Below are positions 23,913 to 37,289 of a stretch of DNA of 64,000 bases, one piece after another (positions within the stretch are counted from its first letter, which is position 1; every line of letters starts with the position of its first letter). This DNA is from Octopus vulgaris (lineage: Eukaryota), in contig OX597831.1 in assembly GCA_951406725.2 (NCBI GenBank), positions 42,098,001-42,162,000 on the forward strand. The letters are read 5' to 3'. The notes beneath the pieces are model-generated. The model saw only the letters and a program-made list of their open reading frames with translations. It did not search any database and was not told where the DNA came from. The translations under genes and the position numbers were made by a program.

Positions 23913-26878
23913 GTGCATACATGCATATACACACACACACAACACACACACATATATACATACATATGCATGCATATACAAATATACACATACATACACA
24001 AATATACATACGTATACAATATATATATACATACACACAAACATGTATAGACACACATAAATGAAAAATGCATTCAATACTAAAAAGACGTACACATAGG
24101 ACAGACACAAAAAGACACTATTCTTCATCAGTTATCGACCGAAATACTAATACACAGTTTCATGCCTTTAATGATAAGACTGAGAACTTCACATATCATT
24201 GGCACCCACAAAATCTGCGGAGAATTAGGGCTCGAGCAAACAAAACGATACAGAGTGGACATATGGAAGTAAACAAATGTAATTTGAAATGATTGACGAA
24301 GACAGAATAAATACAGCCTTTCGGTCAAACAGACAGGTATGATGGGGGATGCCTGGAAGAAATCCTGAACAAAATGAAAATAACTCATCTCTTTCAAAAA
24401 GTTATGGGTGATGGTAACCGTCTGTTTAAAACTGTATTAATCTCCCTCATTAACTGCACAAATTACTGAAGTCTTAGAGTAAAAGCTGTATAACATACAT
24501 GCAATAATTGGAGGCATTTTAATTATTTCATTCTTAACATTGCAAAGCAGGAACATCAAATATACATGTGTAGGGATGGACTATTTGATGGTAAATGTTG
24601 AACTGGTTGCCATAAGTGAATTATATAATGTAGCAATTCAGGTTCATTGCAAAAATGACCATAAAGTTATTTTTTCCTCTGTTCACTATATTTTGTTAAA
24701 TGGTTATGGAAAGGAAGATATCTGTGATTGTATACTGAAGGAATTGACAATGGCCACTACAATGCCCTCTTTCCCATAAACAATGATGAGCATAAGAGAA
24801 ATGCGGAGGGAAAAATAGCACAAGACAGTAAAAAAGGATGGGAAGAATGAAAATTTTTAAAGAAACAGTACAAAAGACTAAGAAAATATTAGAAGAATGT
24901 GAAATATGGTTGCAAAAGTGAGGAAATTTTAAGAGAAGAACAAGAGAATGAAAAAGTGAGAAATATTGAGAAATAGGAATGCAGAGAAAGAAGGAAAATT
25001 ATAGAAGTTAAAAAGCATAAAGATAATATAAAGGACAAAGAAATAAAGATTGCAAAAAAAAAAAAGGAGTAAGGCAGAATAAATAGAACACCATTCTGTG
25101 CAGCATGTTCATGCTTTATTTCACTTCAGCCCTCACACCTTCTCTGTATGCAGTCAGTGGCTATGTCTCACTACCTTGCAGCATTGCACGGTACTGAGTT
25201 AGGGGCACTGAAAGCAAAAGAAGGAAATAAGAAAGGCTTTCTAATAGATCCTTACACGCATTTAAAAAACCATTTAGCCAAATCACATTTTTTGTTTTGC
25301 TTCTTGGTAGATGTGAGTTCCCACTTCTCCATCCCATCCCCCAAAAAGATTTGAAGAAGAAGAATGAAATAATATAATAAAACAACAAGAACAACAAAAA
25401 GAAGCATGCATGAGCAGATGCCAAAATTACAGGCCTCTCTGCTTGTTTACTTTGACATATCAACACGATCAGCGGAAAGAATTATCAGAGAAACTGATAA
25501 AATACTGCCAAGAACAAACAATCGGCTTGCTTTATTTTTCTGCCCTCTCAGTTTGCAACACTATGGTAGTACTTCTCAGACATTTGTAGATATGATCTAC
25601 TTGAATTTTATGAAAGTATTCCCTCTCTCTCTCTCTCGGAGAGGCACTGAGCAGCTATACGCACACATACACACACGGCAGTAACTTCCGCCTACCGAAT
25701 TCAATCACAAAGCTCCGGTCGGCTCAGGCCTATAGTGGAAGACACCTACCCAAAGTGCCACGCAGTGGGACTGAACCCAAAACCATATAGCTAGGAAGCA
25801 AGCTCCCTAACCACACAGCCATGCCCACGCCTTAGAAGAAATAGAGGAATCCATGTGAGCTTACACAGTCACGATGTCAGTAGTATTGTGTGTTGGCAGC
25901 ACAATAATAGGGCATTTCAAACAAATGCAGATTTGGTCAGGTCTGCCTATATCAGAGGTTCCCAACAGGAGTCCATATGACTCCTGAAAACAATTTTGCT
26001 TTAAATCTATGTATTGGTGTGTATTGCAAAAAAAAACCCAGCTAGGTTTTTTAACGTTTTACATAGTTCAACCTAAACAAGTTGAAACAAATAGGAGTTT
26101 TTAAAGAAGTTTCTAAACAATGAATGGCAATGGAGGTCCACCAGAGTAAAATAGTAACCAAAGGGGTCTACAGATTTTTAAAAAATGGTTGAGAACCCTT
26201 GACCTGAATTTTGGAATAATATTCAATACATATAACGGCACAGCCATCACAAATTACATAGTCAAATGAGTAAATGAAAAGGGTTTCCATTGGTTTCTTT
26301 GAATGAGTATCCAAGTTTTCTATCAAATGAACAAGAATGGCTGTCTGTTAAGATGTTTGATTCCCAACCACATGGTTCCAGGTTCAGTCCCACTGCATGG
26401 CGTCTTAGGTAAGCATCTACTACTAAAGCCTCTGGTTAACCAAAGCCTTGTGAGTAGATTTGGTAGATGGAAACTGAAAGAAGCCTGTCATATATATATA
26501 TATGTGTGTGTGTGTGCGTGTGTGTGTGTGTCTCTCTGTGTCTATGCTTGACTCCGATCACTACTTGACAAACAGGGTTGGTGTGTTTATGTCTCTGTAA
26601 CTTAGTGGCTCGGCAAAAGAAATTGATAGAGTAAGTACCAAGTTTAAAAGAACAAGTATCGGGGTCAATCCATTCCACTAAATATTCTTCAAGGTGATGC
26701 CCCAGCATGGCCACAGTCTAATGACTGAAACAAGCAAAAGATGTTTGCTCACTGAATCAGCATATAAGTGTCCAGGACTTTAACTATTCTACTTCTGGAA
26801 ATAAAACATGTATTCATCACAGAGAAGTGGTGAAAAAATAAAATAATCAAAAATGGTAAAAGAAAACAATGAACTTAC

Positions 26879-26924
26879 TTAAGCAATCCTCGATCCAGTT
26901 TGTCAACAGCATCACATAAGATGT
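26879..26924 (-). CDS. CRYZL1: CRYZL1 exon 10 (HILCDAVDKLDRGLL)
   Basis: 46 nt, preceded by TTTCTTAAC branch site and AC acceptor, GTAAGT donor. The frame closes only with the AT-AC boundaries. Confidence 0.92.
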
Positions 26925-28716
26925 GTATGAAGTGTTAAGAAAGAAACATGAAAGATATGAAAGGGGTGGGTCATTTATCAAATATATTTTAAGGGCCAGG
27001 TTATCAAATATTTTTATTGTTACTGTTCTTCAGCCCAGTTCAACTCTGATCAATCAATCATGACATTTGTTATTGTAAAAAATATTTTGTTTCATGGCCT
27101 AATCCAGTGGCTCTGAATCTTTCTGACTTCATCACACACACACACAATACATCCTTATTATTTAACCTATTAGCATTTAAACCGGCCACATCCAGCCAAA
27201 GTATTATTCTACTTGTTTTATGATCAACTGGCCAGATCCAGCCTCTCACACCTACCCTACAATGCCATTCTAAAATTAAACAATTACATCTTCAAAATAT
27301 TGAAACTACAAGATACTACATGATTAACTTTTTAAAAGGTGGATAAATGAGCATTGTATTTGATGAATTAATCAGAATCCTGAAGAGTTAATGTCCACTT
27401 TTTTCCATGCTTGAATGCATCAAGTAGAATTTATTGAAGTAGATTTTCTATGGTCGGATGCCCTTCCTGTTGCCAACCCTAACCTGTTTCCAGACAAGAT
27501 AATATTTCTCCATAACTGGACATGTTTTGCAGACTATTGAAAATGAACAACACTACTTGTTAGACAGTGATGCTCATTTACAATTATCAAGAGATGTCAA
27601 GACAAGGAAATACAAACACACACACATATACATACATATATGTATATATAAAAAAGTTTACGCATACTGAAAACAGTTCAACCAGCTACTGATCTTTCTG
27701 TTTCTCCAAATTTCAGGCATCGTACCTGTTATAAGCTGTTAGTTATACATGGGTGTAAAAATATGAATATCACAATTTTCAAGATACTGAAGCATTAGCA
27801 TGAATTTTCCACTGCTTAAATTCATAGATCTAAGAATTTTGTGAAACAACTAGATAGCTCTAGTTGTGCACCAAATGTGCCATGGAGCTCCATTTGAGCA
27901 TGACTGGTTTAATTAGAGGACAAACAGTGCTAACTTGACTCTTTTTTATAGGCTCCAAAACTAACAAAGGAAAGGAAAAAGGGATCTGAGACTCAGTCCA
28001 AATGCTTGCCACACAGCTGTGTATGTGAAAGGAACCTATTTATCAGATAGCAGTAATGTTAATTACTACAATTCAAGGAGAGGCATAAACTATTATGCTT
28101 TCATAAGTATGAATCTTTCACTGCTTAAATAACAGTAAGAGTAAAACATCAGAACTGCAACCTTAGCAAATATGCTTTGAGAAACAACTGATGAAAAACT
28201 TGCATCTGTTAAAGCTGGGAGCTAGGATATACTATGATAAGCAGTGTTTAGTAGGATGTGTTCAAAGTGCTGTTATAGCTGCCTCCTTCAATTGGGAATA
28301 ACAAAAATTGGCAGGTCAGCTTATTAGATGTATGATAATGATATACTAAAATTACAATAATCTAACACACTTACGCCCATCACTGATGAGACCAAGGAAG
28401 GTTGAAATCGCATGATCTGATAATCTTGGCACTGGAGTTGGTGGAGATTTATCTCCCTGCTAGTGATATAAACCAGTGTGCATTCTGCACCAGAAGCTGA
28501 TATGAGAGTTTCTCCCATGGTATCTACCACAGTAAAGTTTGCTCGAACATAAGATCCACATTTAAGTGGGGATAAATATTACCTTTAGGTATTAATATTG
28601 CCTCTGTCACTAATATATATCTCTCCTAAGAAAGTATCAAAACTAGTGGAAATCAACTTGTATTTAACAACATTAACAAGAAGCTAAAACAAATTAGTTC
28701 TGGTCAAAAAGGATAT
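26925..28716 (-). other. U12-type AT-AC minor-spliceosome intron (CRYZL1 intron 9)
   Basis: 5' splice site ATATCCTTT, branch site TTTCTTAAC about 10 nt before the AC 3' splice site, no polypyrimidine tract, reading frame restored. Confidence 0.92.
28379..28421 (+). ncRNA. Compact type-I hammerhead ribozyme, antisense within the U12 intron
   Basis: atca-CTGATGA-gacc-aaggaa-ggtt-GAAA-tc-gcat-g-ATC-tgat. All three stems pair. Confidence 0.75.
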
Positions 28717-28822
28717 GCTTATAACGTCCATGTTGGGAGTATGACATTGTCCATATTGAATCAAACAGAAAGCAGAGACTGCCACTACGCAGGAACAATT
28801 CACGTGAATCTGGTGGGTCCAG
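28717..28822 (-). CDS. CRYZL1: CRYZL1 exon 9 ([35 protein letters not shown])
   Basis: 106 nt, LDPPDS motif, followed by the U12 donor ATATCCTTT. Confidence 0.95.
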
Positions 28823-28856
28823 CTGAATAAAGATAAAAGAAATGAATATATATGTA

Positions 28857-28955
<99 letters not shown>

Positions 28956-28999
28956 TTCAAGGTAGACATACTTAGTATGTCCTTTGATTAATTTTAATG

Positions 29000-29050
<51 letters not shown>

Positions 29051-29271
29051 AGAGTTTACAAAAAAAAACCAAAAGACGAAGACAGGTGGTGTACAAAACA
29101 AACAGATGTATTAGTATAACGCTCAGGAATAGAAAAAGTCTTTTACGTTTCGAGCCTACACTGTTCAACAGAAAGGGACACAGAAAAAACAAGGAGAGAA
29201 AAAAAATGTGTGTAATGGCTAACGATCTATGTATATATGTACACACACACACACATATATATATATATATC

Positions 29272-29980
29272 GTTTGCCAGCTCTGTCTGGCCCCGTGCCG
29301 GTGACACGTAAAAGCACCATCCATTCGTGGCCGTTTGCCAGCCCTGTCTGGCCCCCATGTCGGTGACATGTAAAAGCACCATCCGTTCGTGGCCATTTGC
29401 CAGCCCTGTCTGGCCCCCATGTCGGTGACATGTAAAAGCACCATCCGTTCGTGTCCGTTGCCAGCCTCGCCTGGCCCCCGTGCCGGTGACACGTAAAAGC
29501 ACCATCCGTTCGTGGCCGTTTGCCAGCCCTGTCTGGCCCCCGTGTCGGTGGCATGTAAAAGCACCATCCATTCGTGTCCGTTGCCAGCCTCGCCTGGCCC
29601 CCATGCCGGTGACACGTAAAAGCACCATCCGTTTCGTGGCCGTTTGCCAGCTCTGTCTGGCCCCCGTGTTGGTGGCACGTAAAAGCACCATCCATTCGTG
29701 TTCGTTGCCAGCCTCGCCTGGCCCCGTGCCGGTGACACGTAAAAGCACCATCCGTTCGTGGCCGTTTGCCAGCTCTGTCTGGCACCTGTGTGGGTGGCAC
29801 GTAAAAAGCACCCACTACACTCACGGAGTGGTTGGCGTTAGGAAGGGCATCCAGCCGTAGAAACACTGCCAGATCTGACTGAGCCTGATGAAGCCTTCCA
29901 GCTTCACAGACCCCAGTTGAACCGTCCAACCCATACTAGCATGGAGAACGGACGCTAAATGATGATGATGATGATGATGA
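29272..29980 (+). mobile_element. (GAT)n-tailed SINE with about 8 tandem copies of an internal ~60-nt unit
   Basis: Repeated acgtaaaagcaccatccgttcgtggccgtttgccagc...ggcccc, then the family 3' end. Other copies at 1-370, 18680-19280, 30760-31108, 40225-40536, 41780-42418, 49177-49562, 57830-58066 and 62303-62610. Confidence 0.9.
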
Positions 29981-30024
29981 TACATGTATAATATTTTTAT
30001 GTTTTATTATGGTTGAGTCAGCCT

Positions 30025-30074
30025 CTTGCTACTCTGAATTTCACCCGTAAAAGTATATAATGTCTTCAGGCAAG
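30025..30074 (-). ncRNA. Minimal hammerhead-like motif, sense to the CRYZL1 pre-mRNA
   Basis: cttgc-CTGAAGA-...-GAAA-ttcaga-GTA-gcaag. Stem I is 5 bp and stem II is weak. Confidence 0.55.
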
Positions 30075-30442
30075 TTGTGACACTAACCTCTATCATTTAA
30101 TACTTTTAAATGGATATAATATATAATATATACCCATGTGTGTAAATTATACATGTACATTATAAACACACATGTATAAGTACATACATTATATATATTA
30201 TTTGTTTGTTCCCATCTGGGCTATGAAAGGTCTTTGTATATTTTTGTTGGTCATAAAATATTCATAGCAGTATGTAATTCTTGATGAAGAATCTAATTTT
30301 TATTTCTTGAAGAGTATTTTGTTTTTGTTTTTGGAATTAATTAGACTCCGAAACAATTTGTAAAATATATGTTGGTTCTGTACCAACTTGGATTATGAAT
30401 TGAAGTTCATATATACCTACAATTTTCCCTTTCCTTATACTT

Positions 30443-30490
<48 letters not shown>

Positions 30491-31159
30491 TGTCTACATC
30501 TAAAACCTCATTTAAAATCTATTATGTTATATATATTTTTTTATTTATAGATTTTTAAAAAGTGTCTATGTATTTTTAATGTATCATGTATAAATTTGTT
30601 CTTTAAATTCATCTCAAACTGGAGTCATGTTTGTGGATTAAATTACCTGGTCTTACGTTTCTTCATATTATATATTTTTATCTTTTGTCTCTTGAGCACT
30701 TCTAAGTGCAAATCTTAACTTTGTGAGAGAATTTCTGATTAATCATATTCTTTCTCAAAACATCAAAACGTAAAAGCACTATCCGTTTGAGGTCCGTTAC
30801 CAGCCTCGCCTGGCCCCCGTGCAGGTGGCACGTAGCACCATCCGTTCGTGGCCGTTGCCAGTGCCGGCTGCACGTAAAAGCACCATCCGTTTGTGGCCGT
30901 TTGCCAGCTCCGTCTGGCACCTGTGCGGGTGACACGTAAAAAGCACCTACTACACTCACGGAGTGGTTGGCGTTAGGAAGGGCATCCAGCCGTAGAAACA
31001 CTGCCAGATCAGACTGGGCCTGATGCAGCCTTCTGGCTTCACAGACCCCAGTTGAACCGTCCAACCCATGCTAGCATGGAAAGCGGACGTTAAATGATGA
31101 TGATGATGATATATATGTATGTATGTGTACACACACACATACATATCAATTAATGAATG

Positions 31160-31570
31160 ACAAAATGATGTAAGTGATGTGTGTCTGCCAAGTTTGTGCC
31201 CAAACTGTTTTCAGCTGACCAAAGAGAGAATTGGGTTTCAGTTGCACATGATTTCTTTGATTGTGCTGAGAATGATGAAAACTTTTTGAAAACTTTGCAT
31301 ATGCCTCTGAGCAGGTATCACCAAGCTTTTGGCAAAATTTGATACAGATTCTCTGCTCAACTTTCTCTATCATGATCAATGCAATGACCACACGCTACAC
31401 ATGTACCTTCCAAGCACTGTTGTAAACGGAGGAAGTGAGCTAGAATGTTAAAACTTAGTGTGCATGCACAACAGAGTTTGAGGTCAATCTATGCCAAGTA
31501 GCTTTACTCTGTGTGCATTAGTTTTGTTACTATGGTAATAGTGCAGTTACTTATCGATCAAACCATGTAT
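31160..31570 (-). mobile_element. Mariner remnant
   Basis: EQRICIKFCQKLGDTCSEAYAK is a typical mariner N-terminus. Confidence 0.75.
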
Positions 31571-33249
31571 GTTTCAACAAATACAGTACTTATGTGTTTC
31601 AATGTTTTAATTACTTTTGAAAATAATCAGCTAATTAGATAGCTTTAGTGAAATAATTAACATTTTCATTATAAAATTTGGCACATATCAGAGTATGAAT
31701 AAATGGAATTATCTTACATGAAATTATGATGGAAGGTTTTAGCTTAGATATGAGCATGTTAAATGGAGGACAGTTTGGTACAGTAGAACTAGAAGTGGGT
31801 GGTATGAAAAGGGGACAGCATAAGGGAAAAACAACTTGATAACATTTGGTTTAAAAGATAAGTAAATTATTTGAAGGCCCTGCATTATGACCCATAAAAA
31901 TGAGGAAAACAATATCTCAGCACCCCCCACCCACCACCAAAATCACACCAAAATCACAATTATTACAGTAACCACCACCACCACCACCTACGCCGCCGCC
32001 GCCACTACCACCACCACCTATGCTGCTGCCACCACCACCATGGGTGTATGGTAGTAGCTGTTAGTGGGTGGTAAAATTACTGACAATATTTCATGAGTTG
32101 GATACAAAAATAATAATGATGGTTCTCATAGCAGTAGTAGTGGTGGTGGTGGGTAAGACAGTCACTTTGCAACTGTATGGTTTCAGGTTCTGTCCCATGG
32201 TGTAGAACCTTAGGTAAGTGACTTCTACTACAGCCCTGAAGCTTTGAGAGTGAATTTAGTGGTACATGGAAACTGCAGGAAGCCTGCTGCATGTGTGTGT
32301 GCATATATTTCTTAACCATTAGCATGCCGGGCGAAATGTGTAGCCGTATTTCGTCTGTTGTTACGTTCTGAGTTCAAATTCCGCCGAGGTTGACTTTGCC
32401 TTTCATCCTTTCGGGGTCGATTAAATAAGTACCAGTAACGCACTGGGGTCAATGTAATCGACAATCCATTTGTCTGTCCTCTCTGTGTTTAACCCCTTGT
32501 GGGTAGTAAAGAAATATATATATCTTTTACTTGTTTCAGTCATTAGACTGTGGCCATGCTGGGGCACTGCCTTGAAGGACTTTTAGTCAAATGAATCCAC
32601 CCTGGTATTTATTTCTTTTATTGAAGCCTGGTACTTATATTGGTTTCTTTTGCTGAACTGCTAAGTTATGGGGGACATAAAAATGCCAACATTAATGAGC
32701 GGTGGTGGTGTACAAACTCAATCATCATCATCATTGTTCGACCGTGGTCGAGACAATGGAATTTACCATGCTACGCCAGACTTCACGGTCCATCATGGCA
32801 TTACCGAGGTCCTGTTGCTGGATGCCTGTATCCCTGGAGATTACATCAGGGTAGGAGAGTGTGCGCCCTCTGGTATTGCGAGTAGATGGCTTCCAAACTC
32901 AAAGACACACACACACAAATATACACAATGAGGTTTTTTCTGTTTCCATCTACCAAATCTACTCACAAGGCTTTGGTTAGTCTGAGGCTATAGGAGAAGA
33001 TATTTACACAAGATACCATGCAGTGGAAATGAACCCAGAACTCATTTATGGCTGAGTGGACTGAAACAATGTGAAATGAAGTGTTTTGCTGAAGAACACA
33101 ACACACTGCCTGCTCAGGGAATCGAAACCTTGATCATATGATTGTGAGTATAACACCCTAACAACTAGGCCAAGTGCCTCTACAACTAGATGTAGTGAAA
33201 TATTCAAACATATCTTGCTAAATAAAATAACATGAATTCTAATATTTTA

Positions 33250-35620
33250 AACCTGGGTTTGTCTCCGTTAACGAGGGTGGCTGGATCTACCTCACTCTTA
33301 AAGCAACCGCTCTCATACCATCTCACCCGGTTCCACCAATTTCTCCAACCTCAGCATCCCCATCAAGTCCTCAGCCCTCCTTTTATCCAATAGTTTCACA
33401 TCACACTTTGCTCTCTCGGTCCTTCACAAAATTGCCATTTCGCTTTCCCTCAGACACCATTTCCCCACTCCCATACAGCACTGTAGATCTCATGCAATTT
33501 CGATAAACCCTTCCTTTCATCTTCAAGGAGAACCTTTTCCCATATAATAATGTTCCACATTCCCTGAACTTCACCCAGCCAAGTCTCGCTCCAGTTGTCA
33601 CAGCTGCTTCCCATCCACCACTTACATCCATCCTATCTCCCAATTAACAAAACCTTCTCACCGTTTCCACCTTGTCACATAGCATTTCCACTGATTCTAC
33701 CAGCCCTCCAGCTCTTTTTTCACATCTTCTACAAATAAAATCTCTTGCCAGTGTTGGGGGGTCACCTTCTTTATTTTCGTACACCTACCATGAATCCATT
33801 TCTCACATTTTGTACACAACACTCTCTTCCTCACCATCATCATTGTTTTCCTGAGGTTTACCTTTAAACCCTTGCTTTCAAATGCCTCCTTCTATTTCCG
33901 AAACTTCTCCTTCAATCCCTCCATTGTCTCACTTATCAGAACAAAATCATCCGCATACAGTATCTCCATTATCAATACCTCTCTTGTACTCTCCATCACC
34001 ACATCAACCACTATTGCAAACAACGGTGAAAACACAGATCTCAGATATGCACCAACTTACATGGCAAACTCCTCTGACAGCTCTGATCCAACTCTAAATC
34101 TTGTCTTTACCCCTTCATACTAACTCATTAATGCTCTCACTATTATCTCTAGTACACCTCTCTCCCTCAATGCCCACTCAATTAACTTCCTTGGAACCCT
34201 ATCAAATACCTTTTCCAGATCAACGAAGCACATGCACAACTCCTCCTCCTTATCTCGGTATTCCTCTTGCAACCTCCTTACAATGAATACTGCATCTATT
34301 GTCTCCTTTCCTGGCATAAAACCAAATTGCATCTTGTCCACATCCACTGTTTTCCGAATTCTCCTCCCCAACACCCTTTTCACAATCTTCATTGCATGCT
34401 CTAAGAACTTCACTCTCCTATATGCCCCACAACTCATCGCATCCCCCTTTCTCTTGAAGATCACTACCAACACACTTAGTGCCCAGTCATCTGGCATGCC
34501 TCTTCCATCCAGCACACCCTGACAAAGCTCCATCAACACAACAAACCCTATCTTTCCGCTTGCAGTTATCATTTCCACACTTATGTTTGATCGACCAGCT
34601 GCCTTTCCTGTTTTCATTTCCTTCATTGCCTCCACTACTTCTTCCCTCTCCATCGGCCCCTTCACTACAGTAACTTCCACCCTCTGATCCCATTCATTCT
34701 CCTCATTCAATATCCCTCCATATGCTCTTTCCAAACTTTTTCCCTGTTCTCACTAAAATTCAACCTTCCATTACTCTCCCTCCTTCAACATCTCTTCCAT
34801 CTTTTTTCATTGATTTAATAAACCTAAACACTCTATCTGGGTTCTCATCCAGCCTGCTCAACTTCTCCTCAGCCCCCTCCTCATAAATCTCGCAACTGCC
34901 CTCTTTGCATGATTCTTTATGTTATTATACACGACTTTCGTTTGTTTGATCCAGTTATTACATAAAGCTTTGTGCAACTCCTACTTCCTTACTATCACAT
35001 TCCTCACCTTCTCATTCCACCACCACCACCACCACCTATCTCCTCGATCTCTCCTACTTTTCGTCCTTCCACACACTTCGTCACATGCCTTTAGTATCCC
35101 TTCCTTAAAAGACTTCCACAAATCTGGTGCATCAATGCTTACCAACTCCCCAACTCTCTCCTCAAACTTTGCTCTAGTTTCTTCTTCCTTCAGTTTCCAC
35201 ACCTGTCCCCTCTCAACCATTCCCTCACACACTTTTTAACTTTTTATCCAAGTCAGCAACCACCAACCTGTGCTGCAACTCCCCCTGGTATTGTCTTCAC
35301 ATCTCTCAGATACTTTCTGTTTTCCATGCCAACCAACATGAAATCAGTCTCTGTCTCATTGCAAAACTCCAACAGCATCCTTCCTTCCTTCCATATTTCT
35401 CTTCCCAATTCCGTTTCCCCCCCATGCACACCCTCAAAGCCCTGCATCCATTACACCCCGTGTCCATTAAAATCACCCATGCCCAAAACCAATTCATCTA
35501 TCTTATGTAAGTTCCACTCACCATTTCATCAAAGAACTGCTCTTTCTCAGTGATCCCTCTTCCACTTTGCAGACCATACCAACAAATCACCCTCATTACT
35601 TCTTCCTCAAAAATCATCTT
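33250..35620 (-). mobile_element. Degenerate RTE-clade LINE (EN + RT)
   Basis: QFGFMPGKETIDAVF, FVDLEKVFDRVPR, ILYADD, WWWNEKV, YGKRFSLKMKGRVY. Confidence 0.95.
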
Positions 35621-36097
35621 CCATGATTCCACAAAATTAGGATTGCTCAACTTAAGTGGGATGCAGGGGACATGCCTATATGTAAGGATAACCACGATTT
35701 TAGTTAGCTTAACATACCTTCTCAAGCACAGCAAACTGCCAGGAGTATCGGTCCTTTGTCATCCCCTCTCTGAGGCCCAGTGTCTGAACGTCCATTCTCA
35801 CCACTTCATCCTATACCTTCCTGAGTTTACCCCTTTCACATATTCTCTCCATAATTAGAGATTGGCACATCTTGATGCAATTGTTCATATGCATAACACA
35901 ACAATACCTGGGGTCGATTTCTTCAACTAAAAGGCAGTGCTCCAGCATGGCCACAGTCAAAATGACTGAAACAAGTAAAAGTGTAAAAGTGTATACCAAA
36001 GAGAAATATATTTGAAAATAACACTATTCCCAACACTCTCATATTCATCCCCTCCCATCAAACACCTGCACAAAGGTAGCAAAGCAGAGAATATTAC

Positions 36098-36231
36098 CTG
36101 TAAATCAGGCTGAGAGGTAACCCATCGACCAAACGACCCGAGGCAGGAGATCAAGTCGTGTTTATGTGGCACTGGCCGAGAGAAATTTTCCTTTGTGAAG
36201 ATGATATCATCTGTTTCTGTAAACATACGTA
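36098..36231 (-). CDS. CRYZL1: CRYZL1 exon 8 (VRMFTETDDIIFTKENFSRPVPHKHDLISCLGSFGRWVTSQPDLQ)
   Basis: 134 nt, PHKHD.I..LG..G.WVT motif, CAG acceptor and GTAATA donor. Confidence 0.95.
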
Positions 36232-36360
36232 CTGTAAGTAGAGCGGAAAAAGATGCATTTAATTTTTTGCTTTTGTTATTTACCATGAAGAAATCTCTGA
36301 AACAAGAAAGACTCCCTACAAAAATTAGACTTTACTCCATTTTGTTGGTGTAAAATAAAT

Positions 36361-37289
36361 GGATCTTTTCACTTTGGCCGGCAGATTTTTAAAATAATTT
36401 CTTTGTAACTAAACACTTTTAAACTTCGTATACTGGTAGAATGTGTTTCATAAAACATCTTTTTCTCTTGGCTTTCTTGAGAAAATTCTGTAGTTTGTAA
36501 GCTATTTGTTGTTTAATTTCTTGCATTTCGGCAATTTCAACCAATCAATGACGTCTATTGAGATGAATACAAGATCTCCGGATCTTTGTCAACAACAATT
36601 ATTTGCGGTGTCATATGAATTTGTCACTGTTATTTATGAGAAAAAAGATACCCTGTGGCCATAAACTGAGGGGGTCACTTGTAAACAGAGCTGGATAACA
36701 AAACCATTCCCTCTTTAGTGACCCTAGTATCGATCTATTGCATTTCAATCTGTTTTAGGGTTAGATTTAGGGTTAGGGTTAGAGTTAGGGTTAAGGTTAG
36801 GGGTGGAGGGAAGGGTATCTTTTTTTCTTCAGAAATGTAAATAAACCCAATTTGTTTCTTAAACAAATATATAATATGTAATGTGTGTATCTGTGCAACA
36901 GAGAGGAAAATTAAAACTGCACATGTTGTGAACTTAGAATATGTGTTTATTAATAAAAGTTTAATACCTATAATCTTTTATTCATACGAATGTAGCTGAT
37001 ATGAAATATGTCATAAATAACAGTGACAAATTCATATGACACCACAAATAATTGTTGTTGACAAAGATCCGGACAAATTGTATTCACCTCAATAGTCGTC
37101 ATTGATTGGTTGAAATTGCCAAAATGCAAGAAATTAAACAACAAATAGCTTACAAACTACAGAATTTTCTTAAGAAGGCCAAGAGAAAAAGATGTTTTAT
37201 GTAACACATTCTACCAGTATACGAAATTTAAAAGTGTTTAGTTACAAAGAAATTATTTTAAAAATCTGCCGGTCAAAGCGAAAAGATCC
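36361..37289. mobile_element. Non-autonomous element with ~280-bp TIRs (GGATCTTTTC...GAAAAGATCC) and internal TTAGGG repeats
   Basis: 36361-36639 is inverted at 37011-37289, with degenerate (TTAGGG)n at 36755-36802. Related ends occur at 53331, 53689 and 58599. Confidence 0.85.

Noticed and set aside
28800-29929. Long 194-312 aa repetitive ORFs
   Set aside because: They arise from the 60-nt tandem unit inside a SINE and have no protein features.
36755-36802. Interstitial telomere or chromosome fusion site
   Set aside because: The tract is short, degenerate, one-directional and internal to a repeated TIR element.
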